In this document: positions 34,828 through 45,246 of the stretch, one piece after another
Layout of the letters: each line of letters begins with the position of its first letter
How positions within the stretch are numbered: position 1 is the stretch's first letter
Virus record (IMG/VR): IMGVR_UViG_3300045988_128356
Length of the DNA stretch: 45,619 nt
Source: a virus
Direction: 5' to 3' (one strand)
Made by a program: the position numbers and the translations under genes
Notes under the pieces: generated by a model
What the model was told of the DNA's origin: nothing
The model's input: the letters and a program-made list of their open reading frames with translations, nothing else
The model's database searches: none

Positions 34828-35327
34828 GCAGTAGTAATTATCGTAGAAATAAGGCAGCTATTGACCAGTTTCGTAAGGAACTGATGGCGATGGTAGACGA
34901 TATCCAGCAGATTGATAAAAAGGTGCTCAATAAGACTGTAAATGACGGTGTTGCCTATGCGAAACGACACACGCCTGTGGGAAAACATCCGAATCCGGTG
35001 ACCTTTTCCGTCAAGAACGGGCCCGATGCAGGGACCGTTGTCAGCTTCAAAGTATCAAATCCGGGAGTAGGCGGATTCCTGCGAAAAAGCTGGCACAAAT
35101 TGCCTACAAAGAAATCAAAGGCCGGAGTAGAGACTGAACTGGTAAATACCGCAGAATACTCCACCTATTGGAATTACGGCCATCGCATCGTAACGAAAAA
35201 AGGCGGTCCAACAAAAGGTTTTGTAAAAGGTACGTTCGTGCTGGAAAAAACCAGGGGATACATCGAGAAGCAGCTGGTGAAGGAGTTTGAGAAAGAAGTA
35301 AAGGCGGTGCAGAGCAAGCATGATTGA
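34824..35327 (+). CDS. HK97 gp10-like tail-completion protein
   Basis: ..VNDGVAYAKRHTPVGKH.. pattern and position. Confidence 0.55.
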   Translation: MSSSNYRRNKAAIDQFRKELMAMVDDIQQIDKKVLNKTVNDGVAYAKRHTPVGKHPNPVTFSVKNGPDAGTVVSFKVSNPGVGGFLRKSWHKLPTKKSKAGVETELVNTAEYSTYWNYGHRIVTKKGGPTKGFVKGTFVLEKTRGYIEKQLVKEFEKEVKAVQSKHD

Positions 35328-35727
35328 AAAATTATATAAGAATATCGCAGCTGGATTGAAGGCAGTTAGGCCATGCAAGGTGTATGTTGAAGATGTGCCG
35401 CAGAACTTTGCACAGCCGTCTTTCCTGGTTACCTTCTATGAGCAGGAGCCTTCCAGAGGTATTAATGGACGACTTAAGAATTCAGTCAGGGTAGACGTAT
35501 CATACTTTCCGGCGACTGACAGAGAACCTTATGAGGAATGTTGGCTTGTTAGTCAGGATTTGAGCCGGGAATTTATAGTGGCAGATTTCAAAATCAGAAA
35601 TAGAAACTTAAAGATTGTGGATAGTGTCCTGCATTTCCTTTTCGATGTTGACTACCGGGAATATCAGGAAAACAACAGCACAGCAATGCAGACAATATCA
35701 CAAAACACAGACATAAAGGAGGAGTAA
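35320..35727 (+). CDS. Tail terminator/completion protein
   Basis: Position immediately upstream of the sheath gene. Confidence 0.45.
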   Translation: MIEKLYKNIAAGLKAVRPCKVYVEDVPQNFAQPSFLVTFYEQEPSRGINGRLKNSVRVDVSYFPATDREPYEECWLVSQDLSREFIVADFKIRNRNLKIVDSVLHFLFDVDYREYQENNSTAMQTISQNTDIKEE

Positions 35728-35730
35728 GCC

Positions 35731-36774
35731 ATGGCAGGAACATGGGAATCCCAGAATAAGGTACTGCCCGGAGCCTATATCAATATCCGGACGAATGAAC
35801 CGCTGTCTATTACACCGGGGGACCGCGGAACCGTTGTTATCCTGCAGGAAATGAGTGTGGGTACTGACGGCGCTATGTATACAATTACAGCAACGGAGGC
35901 GGCATGGCCAGACGGAGCTACGGCCTCGGATAAGAAGCTGGCTGCGGAAGCACTGAAGAAGGCAAAAACCGTATTGGTATATAAACTCAAAGCAAGTCAC
36001 AAAGCGGCTGACGTCACTGCGGCCCTTGCAGCCCTTAAAACCGTGCAGTTCAATACTCTCTGCTATCCCTATGAAGGAGAGGGCGAGGAGGTCAACAAAA
36101 CAGCGATTGCGACATGGATCAAGGCCATGAGGGACGATGAGGGGGTGAAGTGTCAGGCGGTGCTCGCGAACCATGTGGCAGACAGCGAGGGGATCATCAA
36201 TGTTGTTCAGGGCATCATCATGCCAGGAAATCAGGAACTGACGGCTGCAGAGGTAACTGCATGGGTGGCAGGAGCCACAGCCGGTGCCAGTATAACTACG
36301 TCAAATACTGGTATGGTTTATGCGGGGGCCATCGACGTTAAACCCCGAATGACAAAATCAGAGATGGAGGCGGCTGTAACTGCAGGTAAGTTTATTTTTA
36401 AAGTAGACACAGCCCAGAATGTATCTGTAGTATATGATATCAACTCCCTTACAACGGTTACGGTAGACAAAGGAAAGATGTTCACGAAGAACAGAGTGAT
36501 TCGGACCGTTGACAATATCGCCAACGATATCACGAAGATCTTTGAAGCGAATTATGTCGGGAAGGTCAATAATAATGATGAAGGCAGATCTCTTCTGAAG
36601 GCGTCTCTGGTGGACTACTTTGCTGCACTTCAGACAATGGGGGCGGTTCAGAATTTTGTGACTGACGATGTTACGGTCACGAAGGGAAATGATTCGGATG
36701 CTGTGGTGATCGAAGCAGCGGTACAGCCGGTTGACAGCGTAGAGAAGATATATATCACAGTTAATCTGTCGTAA
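35731..36774 (+). CDS. Tail sheath protein (XkdK-like)
   Basis: MAGTWESQNKVLPGAYINI.. is a typical sheath N-terminus; a tube gene follows. Confidence 0.8.
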   Translation: MAGTWESQNKVLPGAYINIRTNEPLSITPGDRGTVVILQEMSVGTDGAMYTITATEAAWPDGATASDKKLAAEALKKAKTVLVYKLKASHKAADVTAALAALKTVQFNTLCYPYEGEGEEVNKTAIATWIKAMRDDEGVKCQAVLANHVADSEGIINVVQGIIMPGNQELTAAEVTAWVAGATAGASITTSNTGMVYAGAIDVKPRMTKSEMEAAVTAGKFIFKVDTAQNVSVVYDINSLTTVTVDKGKMFTKNRVIRTVDNIANDITKIFEANYVGKVNNNDEGRSLLKASLVDYFAALQTMGAVQNFVTDDVTVTKGNDSDAVVIEAAVQPVDSVEKIYITVNLS

Positions 36775-36786
36775 GGAGGACATGAC

Positions 36787-37260
36787 ATGGGAAATTATAC
36801 AAGACTCACAGATCTGGTGACAGGAAGTGAAGGAAGCGCCTTTATCACGATTGATGGCCAGAACCGGTACTTTTTCGAGATTTCAAAAGTAGATGCCAGC
36901 ATCGAGTTCAAGGTGATTGCAAAGCGGCTCCTGGGGCATCGTATGACACAGCATAAGGTTGTAGGAGCGGAGGGAAAAGGTACACTGACAATGTACAACG
37001 TAAGCCCAGCCGCACTTGCGGTCTATCAGCAGTATATCAAAGAGGGCAAGGTCCCGCAGATCAGTATTCAGACCACGAATGAGGATCCTGCATCTACTGT
37101 GGGACGCCGGGTGGTTGTCATGAGGAACTGTATTCTGGCAAAGGCACCGGTGGCCTATCTTGACGACTCCAGCGAAGATCTGAACACCGTGGATACGGAT
37201 TTTACATTTGATGATGTGGATGAGCTGGAAAGCTATGCATTTCCGGAAAATATGAGATAA
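36787..37260 (+). CDS. Tail tube protein (XkdM-like)
   Basis: Size and position; ..GSAFITIDGQNRYFFEISK... Confidence 0.75.
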   Translation: MGNYTRLTDLVTGSEGSAFITIDGQNRYFFEISKVDASIEFKVIAKRLLGHRMTQHKVVGAEGKGTLTMYNVSPAALAVYQQYIKEGKVPQISIQTTNEDPASTVGRRVVVMRNCILAKAPVAYLDDSSEDLNTVDTDFTFDDVDELESYAFPENMR

Positions 37261-37321
37261 GTATTGTGTTATACTTCCTTTGATAATATAATAAATTTAA
37301 TTATTGAAAGGTGGGAGATTC

Positions 37322-38056
37322 ATGGGACTATTCGGGGCTAAAGAAAAATGTAGCATATGCGGAGTTAATGATGGAAGTATAAAACTACAGGACGGTTGTA
37401 TATGCAAGGCTTGTCAAGGCAAATGCGGTGAGTTTTTAATAACGCTAGGCTGGAAAAACATTCCTGTCCAAAGAGTAAAAAAAGCTATAGAGGCAAAGAT
37501 GGATAATGATAATCTTGCGAGAATATTTAATCCAGATAAAAAGCACGAAAAGTATATTGAGATAGATACAGTTAACCGTCTTTGGAAGATTCCGGCTTAC
37601 AGGGTTATCTTCCGTTTTGAAGATTTGATTGAATATACCTTAATAGAAAATGGTGCAAATATAACCTCTGGAGGTTTGGGGAGGGCGGTTGCAGGCGGTG
37701 TGCTTTTTGGAGGAATAGGGGCAGTTGTTGGCGGAATCACAGGACCTAAAAAAGAAAGAAAAGAAATTAAAGAGCTTCGCATTAAGATCATTACGAGAAA
37801 TTCAGTGTATCAAGAAGTGTATATAAATTTCCTTACTACTGGCTCTATTAAGTCGGATTCCATGATGTATAATATTTACAACGGACACATACAAAGCGTT
37901 CTTACCGAGTTTGCGTTAATGGGAGACAGTAACGTACAAGCTCAAGACCAAACCTCTGGAGCTGACGAAATATTGAAATACAAGAATTTGCTCGATGCTG
38001 GAATTATAACATCGGAAGAGTTTGAAGCGAAAAAGAAACAAATACTTAATCTTTAA
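37322..38056 (+). CDS. Moron: zinc-ribbon + glycine-zipper membrane segment + SHOCT-domain protein
   Basis: CSICG..CICKACQGKC; GGLGRAVAGGVLFGGIGAVVGGITG; C-terminal ADEILKYKNLLDAGIITSEEFEAKKKQIL (SHOCT pattern). AT-rich insert between the tube and chaperone genes. Confidence 0.6.
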   Translation: MGLFGAKEKCSICGVNDGSIKLQDGCICKACQGKCGEFLITLGWKNIPVQRVKKAIEAKMDNDNLARIFNPDKKHEKYIEIDTVNRLWKIPAYRVIFRFEDLIEYTLIENGANITSGGLGRAVAGGVLFGGIGAVVGGITGPKKERKEIKELRIKIITRNSVYQEVYINFLTTGSIKSDSMMYNIYNGHIQSVLTEFALMGDSNVQAQDQTSGADEILKYKNLLDAGIITSEEFEAKKKQILNL

Positions 38057-38122
38057 AAATAGGCATCTTGAGAAATCAGGGTGCTCTTTTATTACCCTAA
38101 ATATAGAAAGTGAGGAAATAGT

Positions 38123-38524
38123 ATGAGTAGTTTAAATGCATTTTTACACCCGGAGCAGACAGAAAATCGTGAGGTATTTGTATCCAATAGATTTAAAGAA
38201 AACGGCAAGCCGGTCCCGTTCGTTATCCGCCCAATTACTCAGCAGGAGAATGAGGGAATGATTAAGAAGTATACGAAAAGAGATAAAAAAGGAAACGAAA
38301 CTTTTGACCGGGTAGCTTATAATCAGGAGCTTACAGCGGCCGCAGTGGTGGAACCAGATCTGGAAAATTCAGAATTGCAGAGTGCATATGGCGTATTGGG
38401 AGCATCGAAACTGTTGACAAAAATGCTTTATGTTGGTGAATACGGTGCGCTTTTAGAAGAGGTGTATGATATCTCTGGCCTGGATAAGGATATCAACGAA
38501 GATATTGACGAGGCAAAAAACTGA
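38123..38524 (+). CDS. Tail assembly chaperone (XkdN-like), short form
   Basis: Position between the tube and tape-measure genes; ends ..DEAKN* on a slippery site. Confidence 0.75.
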   Translation: MSSLNAFLHPEQTENREVFVSNRFKENGKPVPFVIRPITQQENEGMIKKYTKRDKKGNETFDRVAYNQELTAAAVVEPDLENSELQSAYGVLGASKLLTKMLYVGEYGALLEEVYDISGLDKDINEDIDEAKN

Positions 38525-38691
38525 TAAAGCAGAGTGATGTTGAGTTAACTTATGCTCACTTCGCCCTGCAAAAACTCCACTTACTCCCATCTGCTCTGGA
38601 ATCTATGAGCCAGCGGGAGCGTGCTTTCATATATGCAAGCATTGACCTTCGGATAGAGGAAGAGAAGAGGCTTGCCAATCAGATGAAATAG
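38515..38691 (+). CDS. -1 frameshift extension of the tail assembly chaperone (G/GT-type long form)
   Basis: Slippery heptamer A_AAA_AAC at 38515..38521 in the zero-frame phase. The -1 frame is open (KKLIKQSDVELTYAHFALQK..RLANQMK*) to TAG at 38689..38691, just before the tape-measure RBS. Confidence 0.7.
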   Translation, partial: KKLIKQSDVELTYAHFALQKLHLLPSALESMSQRERAFIYASIDLRIEEEKRLANQMK

Positions 38692-38701
38692 GAGGTATGT
38701 C

Positions 38702-40663
38702 ATGCCTACATTAAGTGCGATGTTCCGGCTTATGGACGGATACAGCACAACTATAAACAAATTCATCGGAAAAGTAGACGCTGCTTCCACAAAAACACTG
38801 GGGGCAAGCAAAAATACGGATAAACTGAATGACTCCATGGACCGTACTGGTCGTGTTGCAGGAGCAGCAAGTTCCGGGATCGCTAAATTTGTTGGAACAA
38901 TAGCCAGTCTTGCAGCGGTGAAGAAGATTGTGGATCTTACTGACAGCTACACCAATACCAACGCCAGGCTGGCTATGATCACAGGAAGCCTTGAAGAACA
39001 GAAGGCACTTCAAGACGATATTTTCGCCGCAGCTAACCGTGCAAGAGGACAGTATGATGATATGGCTAACGCTGTAGCAAAAATGAAGATGCTGGCGGGT
39101 GATGCTTTCGGAAGCAATCAGGAAGCCATTGGCTTTACAGAACTGCTTCAGAAATCATTGAAAGTATCTGGCGCCGGTACTTCGGAACAACAGTCTGCTT
39201 TTCTACAGTTGACGCAGGCCATGGCGTCTGGAAAACTGCAAGGGGACGAATTCCGATCAATCATGGAAAATGCACCGATGGTGGCTAATGCGATCGCAAA
39301 GTATCTTGACGTATCAAAAGGTGAATTGAAAGAATTATCATCGGATGGGGCAATTACGGCGGAAATTATTAAAAACGCTATGTTTGATTCTGCTGATGAT
39401 ATCAATAAAAAGTTTGAGACTATGCCGCAGACCTTCGGAGATGTGTGGAATAGAATAAAAAATGCGGGAACGCAGGCTTTTGGCGGGGTATTTGAAAAAA
39501 TTAACAGTATACTCAATTCTGATGCAGGTCAACAGGCTATAAACAATTTTATTGGGGCAATTTATTGGGCGGGGGACGCAATGAACGAGTTTATTAATTT
39601 GTGCGTAACTGCATGGCCGATGGTATCGCCGTTTATCTGGGCGGCTGTTGCCGCGGTAGGAGCTTATGCGCTTGTTTTGGGCATATCCAATGGACTGGCA
39701 TTAATATCGGCGGTACGTACAGGAGCACAGGCGGTATCAATAGGAATTCTTGCTCTGGCAATGTGGGCATCATCAGGAGCTACATGGGCTGAGGTTACTG
39801 CCCAACTTGGGCTGAATTCAGCTCTGTATGCCTGTCCGATTGTTTGGATTGTTGGGCTGATACTGGTATTGATTGCAGTATTTTATGCAGCAGTTGCGGC
39901 AGTGAATCATTTTTCAGGATCAACGATATCAGCAACGGGTATTATCGGTGCAGTAATCGGAGGCTGGGCGGCAGCTGTAATCAACTACTTTATTATGATG
40001 TATAATATTATCGCCGAAGTGGTTAATTTCTTTGCTAATGTGTGGAATGATCCAATAGCCGCTGTAAAAATTTTGTTCTATGATCTGGCTTCCACTGTTA
40101 TCGGATATGTCGCTGAAATGGCCCGATCGATAGAAACTATCATCAATAGAATCCCAGGCGTGAATGTGCAGATCTCTGCAGGATTAGACAATTTTAAGGC
40201 AGGACTTGAAAAAGCGGCTTCGGAAGCGAAAGATGCAGCTGGCTGGAAAGAAATTGTTCAGAAAAAAGATTTCCTGAACGGCGCTGATTTTGCTAATAGA
40301 GGCTATGATATTGGTGCGGGTCTAGCTGACAGTATATCAAACCCGTTTGCTGGATTTGCTCCTAAAGATAAAGAGGGAATTGATTACAGCCAGTTTGCAA
40401 CAGATGGAAGTCCTGCAACTGTGAAGGGAAAAGGAAAGAATGGAGCAGTAAAGGTTGAAAACGAAGAGGATATCGAGTGGATGCGGAAGCTTGCAGAGCG
40501 CGATTATATTGCCCGCATCTCCCAAAATACACTTGCGCCAAATATTAAGGTAGAATTCAGCGGTCCGATTACTAAAGAGGCAGATACCAACAACATCATG
40601 AGTCATGTATCTGAACAGCTCAAAGAAATGATTGCAACTGCTCCAGAGGGGGTGCCAGCTTAA
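38702..40663 (+). CDS. Tail tape measure protein
   Basis: ..QSAFLQLTQAMASGKLQGDEFRSIMENAPMVANAIAKYL.. TMP core motif, hydrophobic central region. 653 aa. Confidence 0.9.
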   Translation: MPTLSAMFRLMDGYSTTINKFIGKVDAASTKTLGASKNTDKLNDSMDRTGRVAGAASSGIAKFVGTIASLAAVKKIVDLTDSYTNTNARLAMITGSLEEQKALQDDIFAAANRARGQYDDMANAVAKMKMLAGDAFGSNQEAIGFTELLQKSLKVSGAGTSEQQSAFLQLTQAMASGKLQGDEFRSIMENAPMVANAIAKYLDVSKGELKELSSDGAITAEIIKNAMFDSADDINKKFETMPQTFGDVWNRIKNAGTQAFGGVFEKINSILNSDAGQQAINNFIGAIYWAGDAMNEFINLCVTAWPMVSPFIWAAVAAVGAYALVLGISNGLALISAVRTGAQAVSIGILALAMWASSGATWAEVTAQLGLNSALYACPIVWIVGLILVLIAVFYAAVAAVNHFSGSTISATGIIGAVIGGWAAAVINYFIMMYNIIAEVVNFFANVWNDPIAAVKILFYDLASTVIGYVAEMARSIETIINRIPGVNVQISAGLDNFKAGLEKAASEAKDAAGWKEIVQKKDFLNGADFANRGYDIGAGLADSISNPFAGFAPKDKEGIDYSQFATDGSPATVKGKGKNGAVKVENEEDIEWMRKLAERDYIARISQNTLAPNIKVEFSGPITKEADTNNIMSHVSEQLKEMIATAPEGVPA

Positions 40664-41319
40664 TGTCATACTCGGTATATTTCAAATATGGCAGCAAGAA
40701 ATATAAGCTTCCGGTCAATCCGGAGGAGATTAAGAGATCAAGAGAACTTAATATCGAAACGTATCAGGTGTTGGAGGAAGGGCAGGTTTCTATCCCTTCC
40801 TACTGTGCTTTGGAGGAGTTCAGCTTTGAGGCTGAATTTCCCAGTCAGGACGTTAATTACATGGAATCCGGTACAGAAGCCGATGCAGATTATTACGAGA
40901 AGATGTTCCGGAAGGCTCAGAAGAATAAGAAGCCGATCCGGTTCATTGCATCGAATGATATTTCAGATGATATCAGCGTCAAGGTACTGGTAAAGAGTGT
41001 AGAGGTAGTGGAAAAAGCAGGAGAAGAAGGGGATAAGTATATATCATTGACACTCATGGAGTATAAAGGGGCCGGAAAAAGGTATGTAGCTGTCCAGACT
41101 CCTGATGCTACGGTAAAGCAGGAGGAAACGCCTCTTGCTGAGAATCCTGCGGTAACTGCAAATAAAACACACACAGTACAGTCGGGAGATACGCTGTGGG
41201 GGATAGCTAAGAAGTATTATGGCAATGGATCCCAATATCCGAAGATCATGTCAGCCAATCCAGATATCAAGAATGCGAACCTGATCTATCCGGGACAGGT
41301 ATTTACAATACCGACATAG
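40663..41319 (+). CDS. LysM-domain tail protein (XkdP-like)
   Basis: C-terminal Lys[49 protein letters not shown]. Confidence 0.75.
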   Translation: MSYSVYFKYGSKKYKLPVNPEEIKRSRELNIETYQVLEEGQVSIPSYCALEEFSFEAEFPSQDVNYMESGTEADADYYEKMFRKAQKNKKPIRFIASNDISDDISVKVLVKSVEVVEKAGEEGDKYISLTLMEYKGAGKRYVAVQTPDATVKQEETPLAENPAVTANKTHTVQSGDTLWGIAKKYYGNGSQYPKIMSANPDIKNANLIYPGQVFTIPT

Positions 41320-41327
41320 GAGGCCAT

Positions 41328-42281
41328 ATGGAAGTATTAGTTGAAACAGGGGGATATATTTACGACATATCTGGTATGTGCACGGAATTATCCTGGTCAG
41401 ATGTTCTTAATGATGGATCCAGCAGCATGGATATCTCGTATATCAACGATGATCTTATATTGCAAAACGGAGATGTTGTTCGCCTGACTGATAACGATCA
41501 GGCTGATGGCATCTTTTTTGGAACTGTTTTTAAGGTATCCGGCGATGAATCCGGAATTATTAAGGTTAAGGTCTATGACCAGCTGCGGTATGCAAAAGCA
41601 AAGGAGATCATTGTGCTGGAAAATGGGACGCTGAAGAACCTGGTACAGAATATGTGCACCTTTTTGTCTCTGAAACCCGGTACACTGGAGGAACCGGGAT
41701 ATGTGTTACCGACCATTGCAGATTCGGATAAAACATGGCTTGATGAAGTGACGCAGGCCATCTCTGATACGCTGATTGCGACACAGGAGATGTATTGCGT
41801 TCGTGATGAGTATGGATCCATATGTCTCTGGAATATGCGAAATTTGCAGCTTCCGCTTGTATTGGGAGACCGGAGCCTGTGTACCGGCTACAGCTGGGAG
41901 AAGTCTATTGATGATGATTTTTATAACCGGATCAAGGTAGGCTGGAAAGATGAGGAAAGCAAGAAAATGGATGTAGGTGCCGCAGCCGATCAGGAATCCA
42001 TAAACCGGTACGGGCTGCTCCAGTATTTCGAAACATCAGCTTCCGGGATTGATAATGCGGCAAAAGCACAGGAGCGGGCGAACAATCTTCTTAAACTGTA
42101 TAACCATGAGAAAGAAACATTGAAACTGGAATGCCTGGGAGATCTCCGGGTGCGTGCCGGAAACAGTATCTATGGAAGCATAAATGAGATTGGACTGGGC
42201 CACAGGCTGATCGTGAAAAAGGTTACACACGATTTCCTGCCGGTTCACACTATGAAAGTTGAGGTGATGGCTGGTGAGTGA
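41328..42281 (+). CDS. Baseplate hub / late-control-D-like protein (XkdQ-like)
   Basis: Size and conserved order in Xkd-type tail modules. Confidence 0.55.
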   Translation: MEVLVETGGYIYDISGMCTELSWSDVLNDGSSSMDISYINDDLILQNGDVVRLTDNDQADGIFFGTVFKVSGDESGIIKVKVYDQLRYAKAKEIIVLENGTLKNLVQNMCTFLSLKPGTLEEPGYVLPTIADSDKTWLDEVTQAISDTLIATQEMYCVRDEYGSICLWNMRNLQLPLVLGDRSLCTGYSWEKSIDDDFYNRIKVGWKDEESKKMDVGAAADQESINRYGLLQYFETSASGIDNAAKAQERANNLLKLYNHEKETLKLECLGDLRVRAGNSIYGSINEIGLGHRLIVKKVTHDFLPVHTMKVEVMAGE

Positions 42282-42549
42282 CAGGAATGGAGCGAACGAG
42301 CTGTTTAATGTCATAAAAACGATAGTAAACAATTACCTGAATAACCGGAAGGTGACTGCGGTAGTGATCGGAGAGTATAAAGGGAACGCTGTTATGGTTG
42401 GAGATCTTCCGATTCCCATGAGCATGGTAACCGGGAATATGGTATCGAAGATAGCTGCCGGTGATAAAGTCAGGCTTCTTCGCAACGACGGTGGCCGGGA
42501 GTATTATATTCTGGAGATCATCGGGAAGCCATATCAGACAGGAGGTTAA
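42274..42549 (+). CDS. Small baseplate/spike protein (XkdR/DUF2577-like)
   Basis: Order and size; GTG start. Confidence 0.5.
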   Translation: MSDRNGANELFNVIKTIVNNYLNNRKVTAVVIGEYKGNAVMVGDLPIPMSMVTGNMVSKIAAGDKVRLLRNDGGREYYILEIIGKPYQTGG

Positions 42550-42550
42550 C

Positions 42551-42934
42551 ATGAAACTTACAACCGGCATAGTACTCCAGGAACGGACTTTTGAAGGAAA
42601 GACTTATAAAGTATCGCCCTGTAAGATAGAAGGGTATGTAGACGATCTGGAAGCATTAAAACAGGCTGTTTATAAGGCACTTGATACCGAACAGTATGAG
42701 TACCCCATATACAGTTTCAGTTATGGAATTGCATGGAAAGAGCTGATCGGAGAGGAGCAGCCCTATGTACGGGCAGAAATGAAGAGAATGATACAGGAAG
42801 CACTGTTGCGTGACGACAGGATACAGGAGGTTGATGGGTTCAGCTTTTCTTTTACTGGTGACACGTGCCAGTGCTCTTTTAATGTCTTCAGTATTTATGG
42901 GAATATCGAAATAGAAATGGAGGTACCTGTATGA
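42551..42934 (+). CDS. Baseplate wedge protein (gp25/W-like, XkdS-like)
   Basis: RBS caggagg before the ATG at 42551; position before baseplate J. Confidence 0.55.
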   Translation: MKLTTGIVLQERTFEGKTYKVSPCKIEGYVDDLEALKQAVYKALDTEQYEYPIYSFSYGIAWKELIGEEQPYVRAEMKRMIQEALLRDDRIQEVDGFSFSFTGDTCQCSFNVFSIYGNIEIEMEVPV

Positions 42935-43956
42935 CATATGAGGAGCTGTTACAGGCCATGCTGGACAGAGTACCGAGTAACGTGGATAAGAGGGAGGGAA
43001 GTATCATATATGACGCTCTGGCGCCGTGTGCTTACTTTTTGGCACAGCAGAATTTCCAATTGGAAAACTATCTGGATCTGGTCTTTCCGGATACCGCAGT
43101 CGGCGAGTATCTTGACCGGGCAGTGAACGCTTTCGGGGTAATAAGAAAACCTGCCACTGCCGCGGTACGAAAAATGATAACAACAGGAGCAGTTCCGATC
43201 GGCAGCCGCTGGGGGCTGAACTCCCTGGTCTATACTGTCACAAGGGAACTGGCGTCTGGTACGGAGTACGAGGCTCAGTGTGAAACTCCGGGTGACATTG
43301 GAAACCAGTATTCGGGATCCGTGCAGCCGATATCAAATATAACGGGAGTGACCGCAGAACTGACTGACCTCATAACAGCAGGAGTTGACGAGGAGACGGA
43401 TGGGGCTCTGCGGGAGAGATTCCTGCAAAAAGTGCAGCTGCCAGCCACATCAGGAAATGCATACCACTATAAGTTATGGGCTTTAGATGTGCCGGGTGTC
43501 GGAGATGCCAGGGTGTTTCCACTGGACAATGGTCCCGGTACCGTGACAGTCCTGATTGTGGACAATGATAAAAATATAGACACATCTCTGGAAAGCGCAG
43601 TATCGGCTTATATGGAAACGGTCCGCCCCATCGGAGCGAATGTCACGATCGACAGCCCGTCTTCCATAGCTGTCAACGTCGTGGCTGATGTTACCCTGGA
43701 CGGCAGCAAAGTCAAAGATGATGTGCTGCGGGCATTTAAGGCAGCCCTGAAAATATACCTGAAAGGTCTGGTATTTACAGACTATCGTGTCAGTTATGCA
43801 AGGATCGGGAGCCTGCTCCTGGCCACGGAGGGGGTACAGGACTATGATAACTTAAAATTGAATGGGGCCATGGCAAATGTAATTATTGCTGATAAGGCCA
43901 TTCCGGTTATGGGAACCGTAGACTTCACGGAGGTGAGGACATATGGAGTTAATTAA
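42931..43956 (+). CDS. Baseplate J-like protein (XkdT-like)
   Basis: 341 aa; the N-terminal ..EGSIIYDALAP.. pattern and gene order. Confidence 0.75.
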   Translation: MTYEELLQAMLDRVPSNVDKREGSIIYDALAPCAYFLAQQNFQLENYLDLVFPDTAVGEYLDRAVNAFGVIRKPATAAVRKMITTGAVPIGSRWGLNSLVYTVTRELASGTEYEAQCETPGDIGNQYSGSVQPISNITGVTAELTDLITAGVDEETDGALRERFLQKVQLPATSGNAYHYKLWALDVPGVGDARVFPLDNGPGTVTVLIVDNDKNIDTSLESAVSAYMETVRPIGANVTIDSPSSIAVNVVADVTLDGSKVKDDVLRAFKAALKIYLKGLVFTDYRVSYARIGSLLLATEGVQDYDNLKLNGAMANVIIADKAIPVMGTVDFTEVRTYGVN

Positions 43957-44572
43957 ACTGCTTCCGGACTACTATTCCGAAAATGAAACTATGAAGACGC
44001 TGCAAAGTATTTTGTCAGATCAGGTGGATAGTCTGGATACAGGAATGTCTAAGACTATCGACAACTGTTTTGTAGGATCTGCCTCGGATACGCTTACGAG
44101 GTATGAACATTTGCTGGGGCTGATTTCAGACTCCACTAAATCAGACCGATACCGCCGGGAAAGAATTAAGGCGAAGATATCCGGAGCTGGAACAACCACA
44201 GCTTCGCTGATCCAGAACATAGCAGAAAGCTTTACAAACGCGGCTGTTGATATCGTGGAGAATTTTCCTTCGTATACAATTACTGTCCGTTTCACGGGTA
44301 CATCGGGCATACCTGGGAATATGTCAGATATCAAACAGACGATAGAAGAGGCCGTGCCGGCTCATTTGAAGGTACTGTACGAGTATATTTTTAATACCTA
44401 TGGAGCAGTTGGAACTTTTAGTCATGCAGAGTTGGCGGCATATACCCACGAAAGGATTCGTGGCGGTCATCTTAAAAATAGAATTCAGGAACTGCAAGCC
44501 TATCAGCACACTGAGCTGGCACAGCTGACACACAATGAATTATCGAAAGGAGAGTTACCAAATGGCAACTAA
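43943..44572 (+). CDS. Tail protein I-like (DUF2313/XkdU-like)
   Basis: LLPDYYSEN..TLQSIL..TLTRYEHLLGL pattern. Confidence 0.65.
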   Translation: MELIKLLPDYYSENETMKTLQSILSDQVDSLDTGMSKTIDNCFVGSASDTLTRYEHLLGLISDSTKSDRYRRERIKAKISGAGTTTASLIQNIAESFTNAAVDIVENFPSYTITVRFTGTSGIPGNMSDIKQTIEEAVPAHLKVLYEYIFNTYGAVGTFSHAELAAYTHERIRGGHLKNRIQELQAYQHTELAQLTHNELSKGELPNGN

Positions 44573-45242
44573 TACGACAAATTATAATTTCAAGAAACCA
44601 GATGAGAGCGATTTCTACTCAGTTCAGGATCAGAACAACAACTGGGATAAGGCTGATACCGCACTCAAAAATTTAGATACTCCCACTTTTGAGGATTACT
44701 CTGGCAGTACGACGGCCCCAGATGCTGCGACAGCAATCAATAACATTAAAAGTAAAGGGAAATTGTCCACAATATTAAGTAACATGAAAGCAGCGTTTAA
44801 GGGCGCATGTCTGATCGGCCAGATCGTAAACAACTGCGTGACCAATAATGCGAAATTGCCGCTCTCGGCTGCTCAGGGAAAGGCGCTGATGGATCTGTAT
44901 ACTCAGTTAAATAGTGATTTAGCAGTGAAAGACGTCACCGCACACTTTTACAAAAACGCACCGGTGTCTTACGTATTGGCTTATAAAATCGGCCATATGG
45001 TGCAATGTATTTTTACGATCTCTGCCGGATCGTCTGGCTGGGTTGAGGTAGCCTTTTGTGATGATGATGTCAGGCCACTTATGGATGTGCCAGTGTACAG
45101 AGCGCGGAGTGCAATAGCAGATGATAATACTATACAGGTCAATGGTACATTAAAAGCAGCAGAAAACAAACTGTACATATATATAAGTAAGGCATTGGCC
45201 ACTAATCTGAGTATGAGCTGTATTTATCCAACTACAAGATAA
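44562..45242 (+). CDS. Tail fibre / receptor-binding protein: constant N-terminal part (to ..TQLNSDL) fused to currently expressed C-terminal cassette A
   Basis: RBS aaaggagag before the ATG at 44562. MATNTTNYNFKKPDESDFY.. is a fibre-type N-terminus. Crossover site 0 lies inside the ORF at 44900..44922. Confidence 0.8.
   Translation: MATNTTNYNFKKPDESDFYSVQDQNNNWDKADTALKNLDTPTFEDYSGSTTAPDAATAINNIKSKGKLSTILSNMKAAFKGACLIGQIVNNCVTNNAKLPLSAAQGKALMDLYTQLNSDLAVKDVTAHFYKNAPVSYVLAYKIGHMVQCIFTISAGSSGWVEVAFCDDDVRPLMDVPVYRARSAIADDNTIQVNGTLKAAENKLYIYISKALATNLSMSCIYPTTR
44900..44922 (+). repeat. Shufflon crossover site 0, inside the expressed tail-fibre gene
   Basis: tactcagttaaatagtgatttag encodes (Y)TQLNSDL. 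It is a 23/23 inverted match to 102..124; the core is at 44911..44922. Confidence 0.85.
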
Positions 45243-45246
45243 TCAT

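Noticed and set aside
44562-45242. Diversity-generating retroelement as the source of tail-fibre variation
   Set aside because: I found no reverse-transcriptase ORF and no template/variable repeat pair with A-specific mismatches. The variation here is cassette-based with inverted crossover sites.
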